54,622 nucleotides of DNA from Girardia tigrina (taxonomy: Eukaryota), in assembly GCA_001938485.1 (NCBI GenBank), contig MQRK01183260.1, positions 1 through 54,622 on the forward strand. The letters run 5' to 3'. Positions 40,301 through 48,213 of the stretch are shown one piece after another. A program made the position numbers and the translations under genes. Every line of letters starts with the position of its first letter. The first letter of the stretch is position 1. The notes beneath the pieces were generated by a model. It was given only the letters and a program-made list of their open reading frames with translations. It had not been told where the DNA came from and did not search any database.

Positions 40301-40933
40301 ATCAATTTCAACATACCAAATTTAAAATATTCCTCACAATTATGATGGGTCTATCCCAAAACATCGATGGCCAAAACGTCGACAGAAAAAAATAGAAATA
40401 AATGTTAAAATGACAAAAAAATTTAAATTAGAAAATTCTATAATTCGAAAAACATTTTAAATTCTGGAAATATTTTCATGTTGCTTATAAATACCATCAT
40501 TCCTTTCTTTTTATATACTTGCTTTCGTGTCATCTTGCTCCGTGTCCAGTCTCATTTTGCAATTTTAACCTACTTCCCATGATGCTATGGATCTGAAATT
40601 TTCAGGGTAGTTATATTTTGCTATAACGCAGCGGTTCCTAACCTGGGGTATGCCTACCACTAGGGGTACGCCTACCACTAGGGGTACGCGAAAGTTTGCT
40701 TATGGGTACTCAACAAAAAGTATTATGACGGAAAATGCAATTCATATCTAATCTAGAAACTCAAAATAATCTTTAAACACATTGCAAATGGTTATTTTGT
40801 TATATTAAAATAATTAAATAATAGAAAATAGCATCGTATGTTGATTTTTTTTAACACATTTATAAGGGCAAAACACTCGTCTTGAGAGTAAATATATTCG
40901 TATATGTGAAATTACTAAATGATTTCTTATTTG

Positions 40934-40998
<65 letters not shown>

Positions 40999-42436
40999 TA
41001 GGGGTACACACTAAGTAAACAATCAGGTAGAGGGGTACTCTAATGAAAAAGGTTGGGAACTACTGCTATAACGTATCGCTTGAACAAATCAAATGATCTC
41101 AAAAATTTAATTTAAATATTTTTTGAAAAAGTTGTTTTACGATCTACAAATGTTTAAACAGTTTTTTGCAATTTGAACCCACTTAAAAAAAATTCAAAAA
41201 ATGAAATAAATATTAACAAAAAAATATATCACAATTTTTATATCATCAATCGATAACAATCAACAAATCTCCAGAAATACCTGAAGAATTCAAACTTTTA
41301 AATCTTCCTATTCACCGTGATGCTAAAGAGATGGTGAGATGGTTTGAAGAAAATTATGTACATAGACGATTTAGAAGACATCTTCATGATGGTACAGTAA
41401 TTAGATCACCTCTTTATTTTCACCATTTCTGTGGTATGTAAGTGATTTAAGTCATCAAGGTATTACAAAAACACAGCATATCGTCGAGGCTTGGCATAGA
41501 AGATGGGAATGTGTAATTGGGCGATCCCATATCGGAATTTTTAGTATCATAAAATAGTTTCAAAAGGAACAAGCATATGTATGTGTTCAGGTGAAATGTA
41601 TTCTTTGAGGCGAACCTTTCTCGAAACGCCGAAGAAGAAAAAAATTTAAAAGAAATTTAAAAGAAAAATTCATTCAAAAAGAAAATAGGATAATAGATGT
41701 ATTTAATAGTCGTTGCGGCACTGATCTATTGGAATATTTGATAAGAATTGCAAATAATCTATCGTTTTAAATAAATTTTTAATTTGTGTTAATTTCTTTT
41801 ATTATATTGATGTATTTGGTTGTGATTTTTTTCGATAATTTGGTTTTTCGATATTTTTTCTGTGAATTTTAGGCTTGTTAATATTTTTTTCTGTCGATTA
41901 TTTATCTGTCCATATTTTGGCCTGTGTTAAATTTTTGATAAATTGATAATTGATAATCAAATTGGATAAATTGATAAACTTTTGAACAGGAAGATAAGAA
42001 ATTTTGTTTTCATGTGATATTATATAATTATCATTTTTTACAAATCAGCTGTTAAGACTAGTGTTAATTTATTGTTACGATGGCAATTGGTAATTCTGTA
42101 ATATTAATTACAAGAAGAATAACGTTTTAATTTTTGAAACAAATTTTTAATTTAATTAATTTAAAATAATTAGTAATAAAAAAATATTTACTTTAAAATC
42201 AGTAAAAGTAGAACTGAGAAAAATTCTCACTTCCCGAGGTTTACTTTGATCAATTTCATCAATATCGATGCAACCTCGCGCGAGACTTTGAAAATAATTG
42301 TCTGTTTTACCATCGATATTGCAATGACCGATTGGTGGCAGTCTGAGACGAATATGTTTAATGATTCCATCGGACTCACTTACGGTTTTATTATTTTATT
42401 TCCTTTAATGACATAACTTTTTCTTCTATAATCCAT
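2463..42436 (-). CDS. NWD1/NWD2-family NACHT and WD40 repeat protein (STAND NTPase); 15 exons in window, 3' part continues beyond left edge
   Basis: Manual splice reconstruction with GT-AG introns and consistent phases: 42384-42436, 42192-42342, 34770-34964, 30887-31057, 28529-28804, 25269-25595, 21944-22272, 16005-16428, 14902-15111, 7580-7818, 7246-7531, 7000-7168, 2939-3046, 2683-2895, 2463-2639 (3328 nt). Motifs: EVRIFLSSTFTDF, DMRWG, IGNRYGYRP (DUF4062-like); Walker A GGFGCGKT; Walker B LVIILDSLDQL; GLSETEIENLLSLCDDVL...RLPSLLWTRI...WYH typical of NWD proteins. Exact orthology not determinable. Confidence 0.92.
2683..2895 (-). CDS. NWD-like exon 14 (beta-propeller region)
   Basis: 213 nt, flanked by two 43-nt introns. 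Confidence 0.72.
2939..3046 (-). CDS. NWD-like exon 13
   Basis: 108 nt, phase 1/1; TTTCAG acceptor. Confidence 0.75.
4580..5527 (-). mobile_element. Mutator/MULE-like element, internally deleted
   Basis: TIRs GGATC(C/TA)GGAAAATTCA(T/C)CGAC; 9-bp TSD GTTATGATT/GTCATGATT; transposase remnant GCFFH...YFEDTWIG...PRTNNSVEG; GTCGATGAATT subterminal repeats. Confidence 0.88.
7000..7168 (-). CDS. NWD-like exon 12 (...LPFQLLGQL...)
   Basis: QLxGxL motif; phase 1 joins exon 13. Confidence 0.82.
7246..7531 (-). CDS. NWD-like exon 11
   Basis: RY...HSEIAKYF...RKLHALPFHL; 48-nt intron upstream, 77-nt downstream. Confidence 0.85.
7580..7818 (-). CDS. NWD-like exon 10 (GLSETEIENLLS...LWTRI...WYH)
   Basis: Winged-helix region motif of NWD proteins; not in ORF track. 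Confidence 0.92.
8380..9023. mobile_element. Possible piggyBac-like non-autonomous element
   Basis: Imperfect TIRs CCTTTGACTACC / GATAGTCAAAGCG; TTAA sites degenerate. Confidence 0.3.
10478..11135 (+). mobile_element. pogo/Tigger-like DDE_1 transposase 3' fragment
   Basis: VIPGGLTSVLQPLDVGINKPFK, NSFLKCGISNALDGTEDD, acidic tail, terminal GCATTATACGCGG. Confidence 0.88.
11480..11963 (+). mobile_element. 484-bp short member of LTR-like family B (TGTTGGG...CCAATA)
   Basis: Perfect 5-bp TSD ATCAC; both ends homologous to 48214-52026. Confidence 0.8.
12198..12585 (+). mobile_element. Penelope-like element 3' end (GIY-YIG tail plus pLTR)
   Basis: NYSERVTCEALLIKSLNPSINVQ followed by a hammerhead motif. 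Confidence 0.72.
12489..12530 (+). ncRNA. Minimal type I hammerhead ribozyme (PLE-associated)
   Basis: CTGAAGA-T-GGTGG-AAAAT-CCACC-GAAA, overlapping palindromic AATATATT stem III; stem I weak. Confidence 0.65.
12990..13400 (-). mobile_element. mariner transposase C-terminal fragment
   Basis: YFFRSMQCFLKGSRF...EFFNSKQPEWY...IRKL, then RWQKVVENDG after a frameshift. Confidence 0.8.
14902..15111 (-). CDS. NWD-like exon 9 (PLYTK...LENKFG...SLAYLT)
   Basis: 210 nt, AG/GT bounded. Confidence 0.9.
16005..16428 (-). CDS. NWD-like exon 8 (Walker B LVIILDSLDQL)
   Basis: Overlaps ORF 15990-16427; WIPTELP, RKLTDQQ motifs. Confidence 0.93.
17379..18828 (-). mobile_element. hAT element (deleted) with nested Penelope insertion
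   Basis: TIR CAGGCGCGTA(C/T)GCA; 8-bp TSD ATCGAATG/ATCAAATG; hAT dimerisation remnant RIKTYLQNTTSDQRLNGLAIMNIH (~17600-17770). Confidence 0.88.
17941..18520 (+). mobile_element. 5'-truncated Penelope-like element (GIY-YIG) with inverted pLTR copy
   Basis: CEALYIGETSHHLRTRIVEH, ERIIAEALLIK; 17981-18026 is an inverted copy of the 3' end (~18466-18511); flanked by (TA)n. Confidence 0.85.
19560..20336 (+). mobile_element. Penelope-like reverse transcriptase remnant
   Basis: LKPF...IKDSFDF, SFNVKCFFTN, DGVTMGPLLAPTLASIF, KRYGDDT. Confidence 0.8.
20985..21671 (+). mobile_element. hAT-type MITE, copy 1
   Basis: TIR CAGTGATGATCAACCT / AGGTTGACTACCACATG; TSD ATTTAGAC/ATTTAGAT. Confidence 0.8.
21944..22272 (-). 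CDS. NWD-like exon 7 (NACHT Walker A GGFGCGKT; LRFIGTSP)
   Basis: EIVHH...FCGR...GxxGxGKT; phase 2 joins exon 8. Confidence 0.93.
23220..24543 (+). mobile_element. IS630/Tc1-like (DDE_3) transposon, degraded
   Basis: Inverted ATTATACTGACATTTATTCAAT subterminal repeats; D-E-x-GFN, IHNAPFHK, YSPEPNAIEEIFS. Confidence 0.8.
25269..25595 (-). CDS. NWD-like exon 6
   Basis: 327 nt, overlaps ORF 25242-25586, AG/GT bounded. Confidence 0.88.
26113..26897 (-). mobile_element. hAT-type MITE, copy 2 (inverted relative to copy 1)
   Basis: Reverse complement aligns to 20985-21671 (e.g. AAAAGATTTTTCCTGTTAGTTCAAATA). Confidence 0.75.
28529..28804 (-). CDS. NWD-like exon 5 (PIKTHIP...SVTETEL...CLAYERQL)
   Basis: 276 nt open, AG/GT bounded, SVTExE motif. 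Confidence 0.88.
29328..30677 (-). mobile_element. Tc1-like transposon, near full length, pseudogenised, intron-containing
   Basis: TIR CAATGGGGGC(A/G)GTTTTA(A/T)TTG; WTADKWSN/VVFTDE, QKDHAPCHT, WPGNSPDINLIETVW. Confidence 0.9.
30887..31057 (-). CDS. NWD-like exon 4 (LLIGNRYGYRPVP...KDENAQPPVHILL)
   Basis: 171 nt, phase 0/0, conserved GxRYGYRP and DEN motifs. Confidence 0.9.
32213..32551 (+). repeat. Inverted duplicate of 33736-34075
   Basis: ~340 bp reverse-complement match, roughly 90-95% identical by eye. Confidence 0.9.
33050..34110 (-). mobile_element. Tc1/mariner (maT, DD37D-like) transposase remnant
   Basis: VWLSDEATF, WQPDEAKPHAA, WPSKSPDLNVMDYSIW. Confidence 0.8.
34770..34964 (-). 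CDS. NWD-like exon 3 (VERNAFVKQVLPELR...DMRWG...GPFFV)
   Basis: Overlaps ORF 34698-34937; TATAG acceptor, GTAAAA donor. Confidence 0.92.
35026..35430 (-). mobile_element. Family A LTR, truncated by Tc1 fragment
   Basis: Homologous to 47136-47582. Confidence 0.78.
35431..36187 (+). mobile_element. Tc1-like transposase fragment
   Basis: LTQRHKIARRNWCRSH...WFISD, MV*WCIAS, QDN. Confidence 0.75.
36188..37285 (-). mobile_element. Degenerate Penelope-like element (GIY-YIG YIGETNLHLKTRVNEH; RT heavily decayed)
   Basis: Clear GIY-YIG motif at ~36230-36330; only faint RT-like motifs upstream. Confidence 0.55.
37286..37792 (-). repeat. Inverted duplicate of 35855-36362
   Basis: ~507 bp reverse-complement match spanning the Tc1/Penelope junction. 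Confidence 0.92.
38150..39238 (+). mobile_element. Chapaev3-like (CMC) transposase pseudogene
   Basis: FCNICG, PMVWHEPKDHVT, GFSAKNKKFIMYPNL, LKLHFLHSQLDFF..NLGDVSDEH..RFHKDI; superfamily call from motif recall. Confidence 0.65.
39239..39677 (-). mobile_element. Family A solo LTR
   Basis: TATTAAGAAC...ATATTCTTCACG; TSD degenerate. Confidence 0.8.
39799..40338 (-). mobile_element. Family A solo LTR (subfamily similar to the 9305 copy)
   Basis: TATTAAGAAC...ATATTCCTCACA; TSD ATTAA/ATTAT. Confidence 0.82.
40348..41925 (+). mobile_element. MULE-like element, deleted
   Basis: Inverted GGCCAAAA/GTCGACAGAAAAAA termini; WFEENYV, TQHIVEAWHRRW, LLEYLIRIANNL (~41300-41770). Confidence 0.78.
40629..41065. 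mobile_element. hAT MITE nested in MULE
   Basis: TIR CAGCGGTTCCTAACCT / AGGTTGGGAACTACTG; perfect 8-bp TSD CTATAACG; GGGGTAC motifs. Confidence 0.92.
42192..42342 (-). CDS. NWD-like exon 2 (...EVRIFLSSTFTDFK)
   Basis: DUF4062-type RIFxSSTFTD motif; acceptor TCTCAG, donor GTAAAT. Confidence 0.9.
42384..42436 (-). CDS. NWD-like exon 1 (MDYRRKSYVIKGNKIIK-P)
   Basis: ATG at 42436, strong GTAAGT donor; a 41-nt intron joins in phase to exon 2. Confidence 0.7.
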
Positions 42437-43179
42437 GAATAATTATTTTTGAAACAGTTACAATATTAAATTATTAAAAAATCATGAAAAAAATAATTTA
42501 AAAAATTTTCGTTTTATAAATTGAGATATGACTAATTAAAACAAACTGTGAATTAATTGAGATTAATTGAGATAACAAAAAAATCATTATTTCATTCAAA
42601 AATAAATTATTTAAATATTTTATTGTAAATATTTAAATAACAGAATAATAAATTTAATAAAATTTGAGCAAGTTTAAATTTTTTTATTATATAACAAGGC
42701 CTCCAGACAAGGATCTAGGGGTGGTGACCAGCACCTCTTAATTGTGCGGGAAAATGCCGCATGGAGGAATTGATTAGCCAGTTCGGTTGACAACGGCAAC
42801 CGGTCGAACCGAGTGGTCCCAACATGCGTCTTGCTGAGTGAAGAACCTCCAATCGATCGGCCGCGACTTCCCGTACCTCTACCGTATTACTGACCCAGTG
42901 ACCGCCGGATCCGCTCGAAGCAGCGGATGATTCCGTCGATTCGTCAATCCGCGGAATCGATGCGGCCGCGGAGCTCCGCCGAAATGTGTGAGGTGGTGCT
43001 GTGTGTGCGGTTCGGTCAGTCGAGTCCGAGAGATATGGATCGCTTTCATTTTTTATTCGAATTCGATCTCATTACAAGTTTTGATGAGTTGGGAAATTGA
43101 TGCAAAACGGTATTTATTTTTTTGAATAATTAAAAAAATTTAAAATTGTATTGATAAATCATTTTTGTTTAATTTAACT

Positions 43180-44390
43180 AAACAAAAGGTTGTTCTTTTC
43201 AGTCGTTTGACCGGAGCAGCACATGAGCCCCCGCCGAAAAATGAGGAGCATGGAGGCTGCGGCATTGTGTAGGGTTGCTTGAAATCGGAAGGGTGCGAGT
43301 ATGAATATTCCTCGAAACGCCGTGTGTTGCAGTGTTGTGTTGTACATGTTGAGTTTTGTTGGTGTGTCAGTTTGCGTGTGATGTATTGTATTGTGGGGTG
43401 TGATAGCAGTGTTTCTGTGTCGGTGAGAGTTTTGTTTGGAGTGGTGTTTGTTGTGGTGTGACAGTGTTACGAAATGGTGGTTCTGGCGGTATTGGTATTG
43501 GAGCGTAGTGGACAGCTGTAGTGGGCTCCAAATTTTGTTTCTTTAGTTTCGTGTGGTTCTTTTCTGGGTTTCGTCGCTTTTTGCTGCTGTGTGATTGATC
43601 TTCAAGACCCTCAGTGTGCTCAATGATGTTGCTTTTGGTTGTGCTGATGTTTTGTGCTCATGGTGCACATTGTCGCTTGATTTGTGATTGTTGTTTTGTT
43701 TGTTGTCGTGAATATCAGTGTGGTTGCTCATGTTCTCATCTTGACTGTCTTGATTACTTGTGTTATTTTTGTTTTGTTCTGTGTTGTTGTGATTGTCGGT
43801 GTGGTTTCTTATGTTGTCGTCTTGATTGTCGTGATTGCTGGTGTTATGGTTGTTTTGTTCTGTGTTGTTGGCAGTGGTGAAGTCGTTGAGAAAATTTTGT
43901 TTGTCACTGTGGTTGTTATTGGTGTGGTGTATTTTGAAGTCATGTGTATGCTGAGTCACGTTGTTATACGTGTTGGGGTTGTGGTGATAGTTATTGAAGT
44001 TACTATGTGTATATGGTTCCTAGATGTTGTGAATGTCATTCTTGTTGTAGGTGTTGAGAGTGTGATGATTGTCATATCTGTTGTTTTGTCTGTGAATTGT
44101 GGAAGTAGTGAATGTCGTTGTTATGTGTGTAGAAGATTGCAGCTGTTGTTTCCACCTACCTCATCTGCTGCTTAGACGACGGGTGGCTTCAGTTTTTTGC
44201 TGGTAACGGATACATCCTAGATCGCATTCCTTTGCATCCGCACCACTTTGGACGTGCCAAATGCATGCATCAGTCAATTGTATGTTGGATTCGTTGCTGG
44301 GGAATGTGTATCCTGGCTGGCACTTTTCGGCTATCTTTCCCAACCGTCGATGAAAGTAATGTGTTGCAAAAGACAATTGACTAAATTAAT
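43180..44390 (-). pseudogene. Decayed Cys-rich (CCP/Sushi-like) plus Thr-rich mucin-like ORF
   Basis: KCQPGYTF...IW...C followed by ACA-rich repeats reading TTTQNKTTITPAITTIKTTT with stops. Confidence 0.4.
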
Positions 44391-45372
44391 TATTACTTTC
44401 TTTTATTTTAGCAAATTTTGTTTTATAGCTTTAAAAAAAAGGGAATAAATTATTTTAGAAGATAAAAAAATTATTCTAGAATATAAATGAATTAAAGTAG
44501 AAGATAATTTTTTTGAATTATACCAGCAGATAAATAATTAAAACTGAAGATAAATGTTTTTGTTTTAAATTTTAAAATTAAAGTTTTAATTTAAATTTAA
44601 AAATTTAAAAAGGTTAAAATTTAAAAAACAGGCAAAATAAATTGTATTACTATTATTTGTAAATAGAATTTTAATCAAAAAGCTATGAACTTAAAACATT
44701 TCAAATTACCGGACCAAGATGATTCCAGTGAAGAAGAATTCATCGAAATCCCAAAACAACCAAAAACATCTCAGCAAGAAAATAAAAATAGTGCAAGATC
44801 CAACAATAAGCGGGGAAAAAATACAACGTACGAAAAGATAAAAACATTTAGTGATAAAGACGATGCTAAAGACTATGCTATGCAAGACAATTCATGGGTG
44901 AAATTAGATCAACCGGACTGCCAAACTAAAGGAATCAAGCAATTCTACAAATGTAAATTCAAAGATTCTTGTGGATGCTCAGGCAAAATGTTCATAATTT
45001 TTCACCGCGACAAAGAAAGTGTGTCAGTGTATCGATTAGAGACAAAAAACAATGAGCATGTGAAGCTAAACAATTGTGGAATACTGCATGAGATAAAAGA
45101 AGTGATTGAGGCCATAATTGTGGACTTTCAAAAGCCAGCTCAAATTAAAGAAAAACTGGAAAATAAATTTCCTAATAGACTGCTGCCTAATTGGATTCAA
45201 ATACGCAACTTCACCGAGACAATCGAGAAAAAAAAGGGATCCAAAGCATGCATTCATTTAGAAGAATTAGATAAATGGTGCAGTGCGAGAAGCCAAATCC
45301 CAGACAACCAATGTTTAGATCATATTTACGTAAGGCATCAATGTGGCAGTGAAGTGAACCCATCAACAGGTA

Positions 45373-47582
45373 TATTAAGAACACCAATTTGATTTTTTAT
45401 ATTTTTATTTAAACAACAATTTTGATTGTCCTCAAAACAATCTTTGTCAAAACTTTCTCTTATTCTTTTCAATCTATCTTCATCAGAAGGGCTATCTCTA
45501 ATAGCCAATATGCTATCGATATTTGACTCTTCTTTCTTCAGTTTTATTCCAAATTTATCCAGAAAATCTATACCAGCAATCATTTCCGGATCTATTTCTT
45601 TGACAACATAAAACTCTATTGTTTTCTGTACCCTTTCTATTATCACCTTTAATTNNNNNNNNNNNNNNNNNNNNNNNNNNNNNNNNNNNNNNNNNNNNNN
45701 NNNNNNNNNNNNNNNNNTAATCTGAATATTTTTCATACCTTTGATTAAATCCGCTTTAATGACATTCACTCGGGCTCCTGTATCTAAAAGACACTGAACA
45801 TTTTTATCTTTTATACGAAATTCTACACTTGGCCGTCCATTCAAAATTTTATAATTTATGTCAAACTTTGCAATTTTTAATATATCTGTTGCAATATTTC
45901 TTTTCTTTCTTTCTTTTTCAATATCCATGTTATCACATTTTTCATTATTTTCTTTATTCAAACTATCTAATTCACACATTTCTAGAAGAATATTTTCATA
46001 CATACAATCAAAAATATAATCACACACACATTCATATGCACAATCAAACATACATCTGCATTGACTTTCTAATGAAGCACACTGATCACCTCTCCCTGTG
46101 ATCGTGCATCCTCGTTTCCCTGATCATCTCTGAACTTTCTGTAACCTCTGGGATATTCTTGTCTTTTAGAATCTTCTTTTCTATTGGTTTCGTCGGTATA
46201 ACCCCGTCTTGAAGAGTTATCTCCTTCATACAATTCATCGTCTAATTCGTCCAATTCCGCTACTGAATATTTCCTATTTGTGTACGTCGGACGGTCTCTA
46301 TATCTTTGATTCGAGCATTTTTTCCTATAATTTTCCCATCGATTTCTTCCATTATCCCGTTTCCATTGCTCGCGTTCCTTAAACCTATTCGGGTTTTCAT
46401 AACATTGTGTTCTTATGTGTCCATTTTTATTGCAATGATTACATGTCACATTTGGACAATCTCTTCTAACATGTCCTTCTTCATGACATGCCCAACAAGT
46501 AATTTTCCTGACTCTAAAATTTCTTCTTGTATCTTATGGAATTTCTCTATTCCGCAGCCTTGTTCTCTTTTTATTTTCCACTGTTTTCCATTCATTTTCT
46601 CTTTTTGTATTATATGCTGCCACTGGTGCATTTCTTTTCTTTTTCTCGTGTTCGAACATTCTTGTTTGTATTTCTTCAATCTCATCGGATTTTGTAATAC
46701 CTTGAATGGCTATTTGTTTTTGTACATCATCATCATCTATTAAGTTAGCGCATGCTAAATTCGATAGTTCTTTCTTACCTAGCTTTTTCTCTACCAATTT
46801 CTCTATTAGTTCGTCTGCCTTTCTAAATATTATTGTGGGATCGCTGGAGCCAATTCTCAAATCTAACATTTCTTTCANNNNNNNNNNNNNNNNNNNNNNN
46901 NNNNNNNNNNNNNNNNNNNNNNNNNNNNNNNNNGTTTCACCGGGCGCTGTTTCATACTTGATTATTGCATCCGGTGTCATGTATGGCGTGACTAAAAGGA
47001 TTTTCCTTTCCTCAGAAAATCCCATTATCTTCGCGTACCTGTTGAAATTCTTTATAAATACTTCCGCTTTCGTCTCAGATCCGTCGAATGTTTCTGGACC
47101 TTTGATATTCGGAGTCACGTGATCGTGTGTCGCCATATTAAGAACACCAATTTGATTTTTTATATTTTTATTTAAACAACAATTTTGATTGTCCTCAAAA
47201 CAATCTTTGTCAAAACTTTCGTACGTTTGCATTCAAAGCGANNNNNNNNNNNNNNNNNNNNNNNNNNNNNNNNNNNNNNNNNNNNNNNNNNNNNNNNNNN
47301 NNNNNNNNNNNNNNNNNNNNNNNNNNNNNNNNNNNNNNTAATTAAAATGATAATTAATTATTTAAAAAATATTAATTTGATTTATTTATTAAATATTATA
47401 AAACTTAATTAACTTATTTAAAATTTTAAAATTATATGAAATTAAAAATAAATTTAAGCATTACTTATTTTTAGATAATAAGAATTAAAACATTAATCAT
47501 CCATCTGGGTAGGAGAGACACATTTCCAAATCAACATACACATTCAAACACAAAACATCAAACATTCAAAATATTCCTCACA
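45373..47582 (-). mobile_element. Gypsy LTR retrotransposon (family A), internally deleted: 5'LTR 47136-47582, PBS, gag with two CCHC knuckles, protease, partial 3'LTR
   Basis: Perfect TSD AGGTA; PBS TGGCGACACACGA; CWACHEEGHVRRDC and CNHCNKNGHIRTQC; LLDTGA; RT/RH/IN lost by a deletion joining pol to the 3'LTR near 45457. Confidence 0.93.
46075..46120 (-). promoter_or_regulatory. -1 programmed ribosomal frameshift signal (gag to pol)
   Basis: In-frame G GGA AAC heptamer (46120-46114) followed by a GATCAC/GTGATC hairpin; -1 frame open into the protease ORF. Confidence 0.8.
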
Positions 47583-48213
47583 AGGTAAAATGGAACTCAA
47601 GTTCAATATCTGGATAACAACAAGACGATTGACCTCATTATACCAAAAATCAAAACACCTTTGTGCCGATACAACATACAAACTGATTTATCAAGGATAT
47701 CCAGTGTTAATGGTTGGAAAAACAGATAAAGAAAAACTTTCATCCGTTCGGTATAGCAATTTGCACAAATGAACGCAACCAAGATTTCGAATTCATATTC
47801 AAATCAATTAAGACGTGCCAAACAATTTGAAAATTTTTTATTATGAACCTGACACTTTAATAGCAGATGCTGCAGACGCAACGACCATTGGATTCAAATA
47901 AGCATTTGGTGAAAATTTTCTAAAAAAGAGTAATGTGTTGGTTACACATGAAAAAGACGTACGAGGGATCAGACTCACATTCAAAATCACCATTCAAAGC
48001 GATCGACAAAGACAATAAAGCTCGGTTGCGTTATGATATCTCTATTCTACAGCTATCCGAATCTAAAGAGATATTCGACAAAGGATTCCAGTTGTTTAAG
48101 AAAAATTGGAATGATCTAAAGGACAATACAATTAATCAATTCCTTCAATATTTTGAAAAAGGAGTGGTAAACAAAACATCCGGGTTGGTATGAAGGATTT
48201 GTGCCAGGATTAC

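Noticed and set aside
42697-43050. RNase P/MRP, SRP or telomerase RNA identity for the GC-rich island
   Set aside because: No convincing conserved regions or telomeric template seen on either strand.
43279-44175. Val/Cys-rich plus-strand ORFs as membrane proteins
   Set aside because: Antisense shadows of the ACA-rich low-complexity minus-strand sequence.
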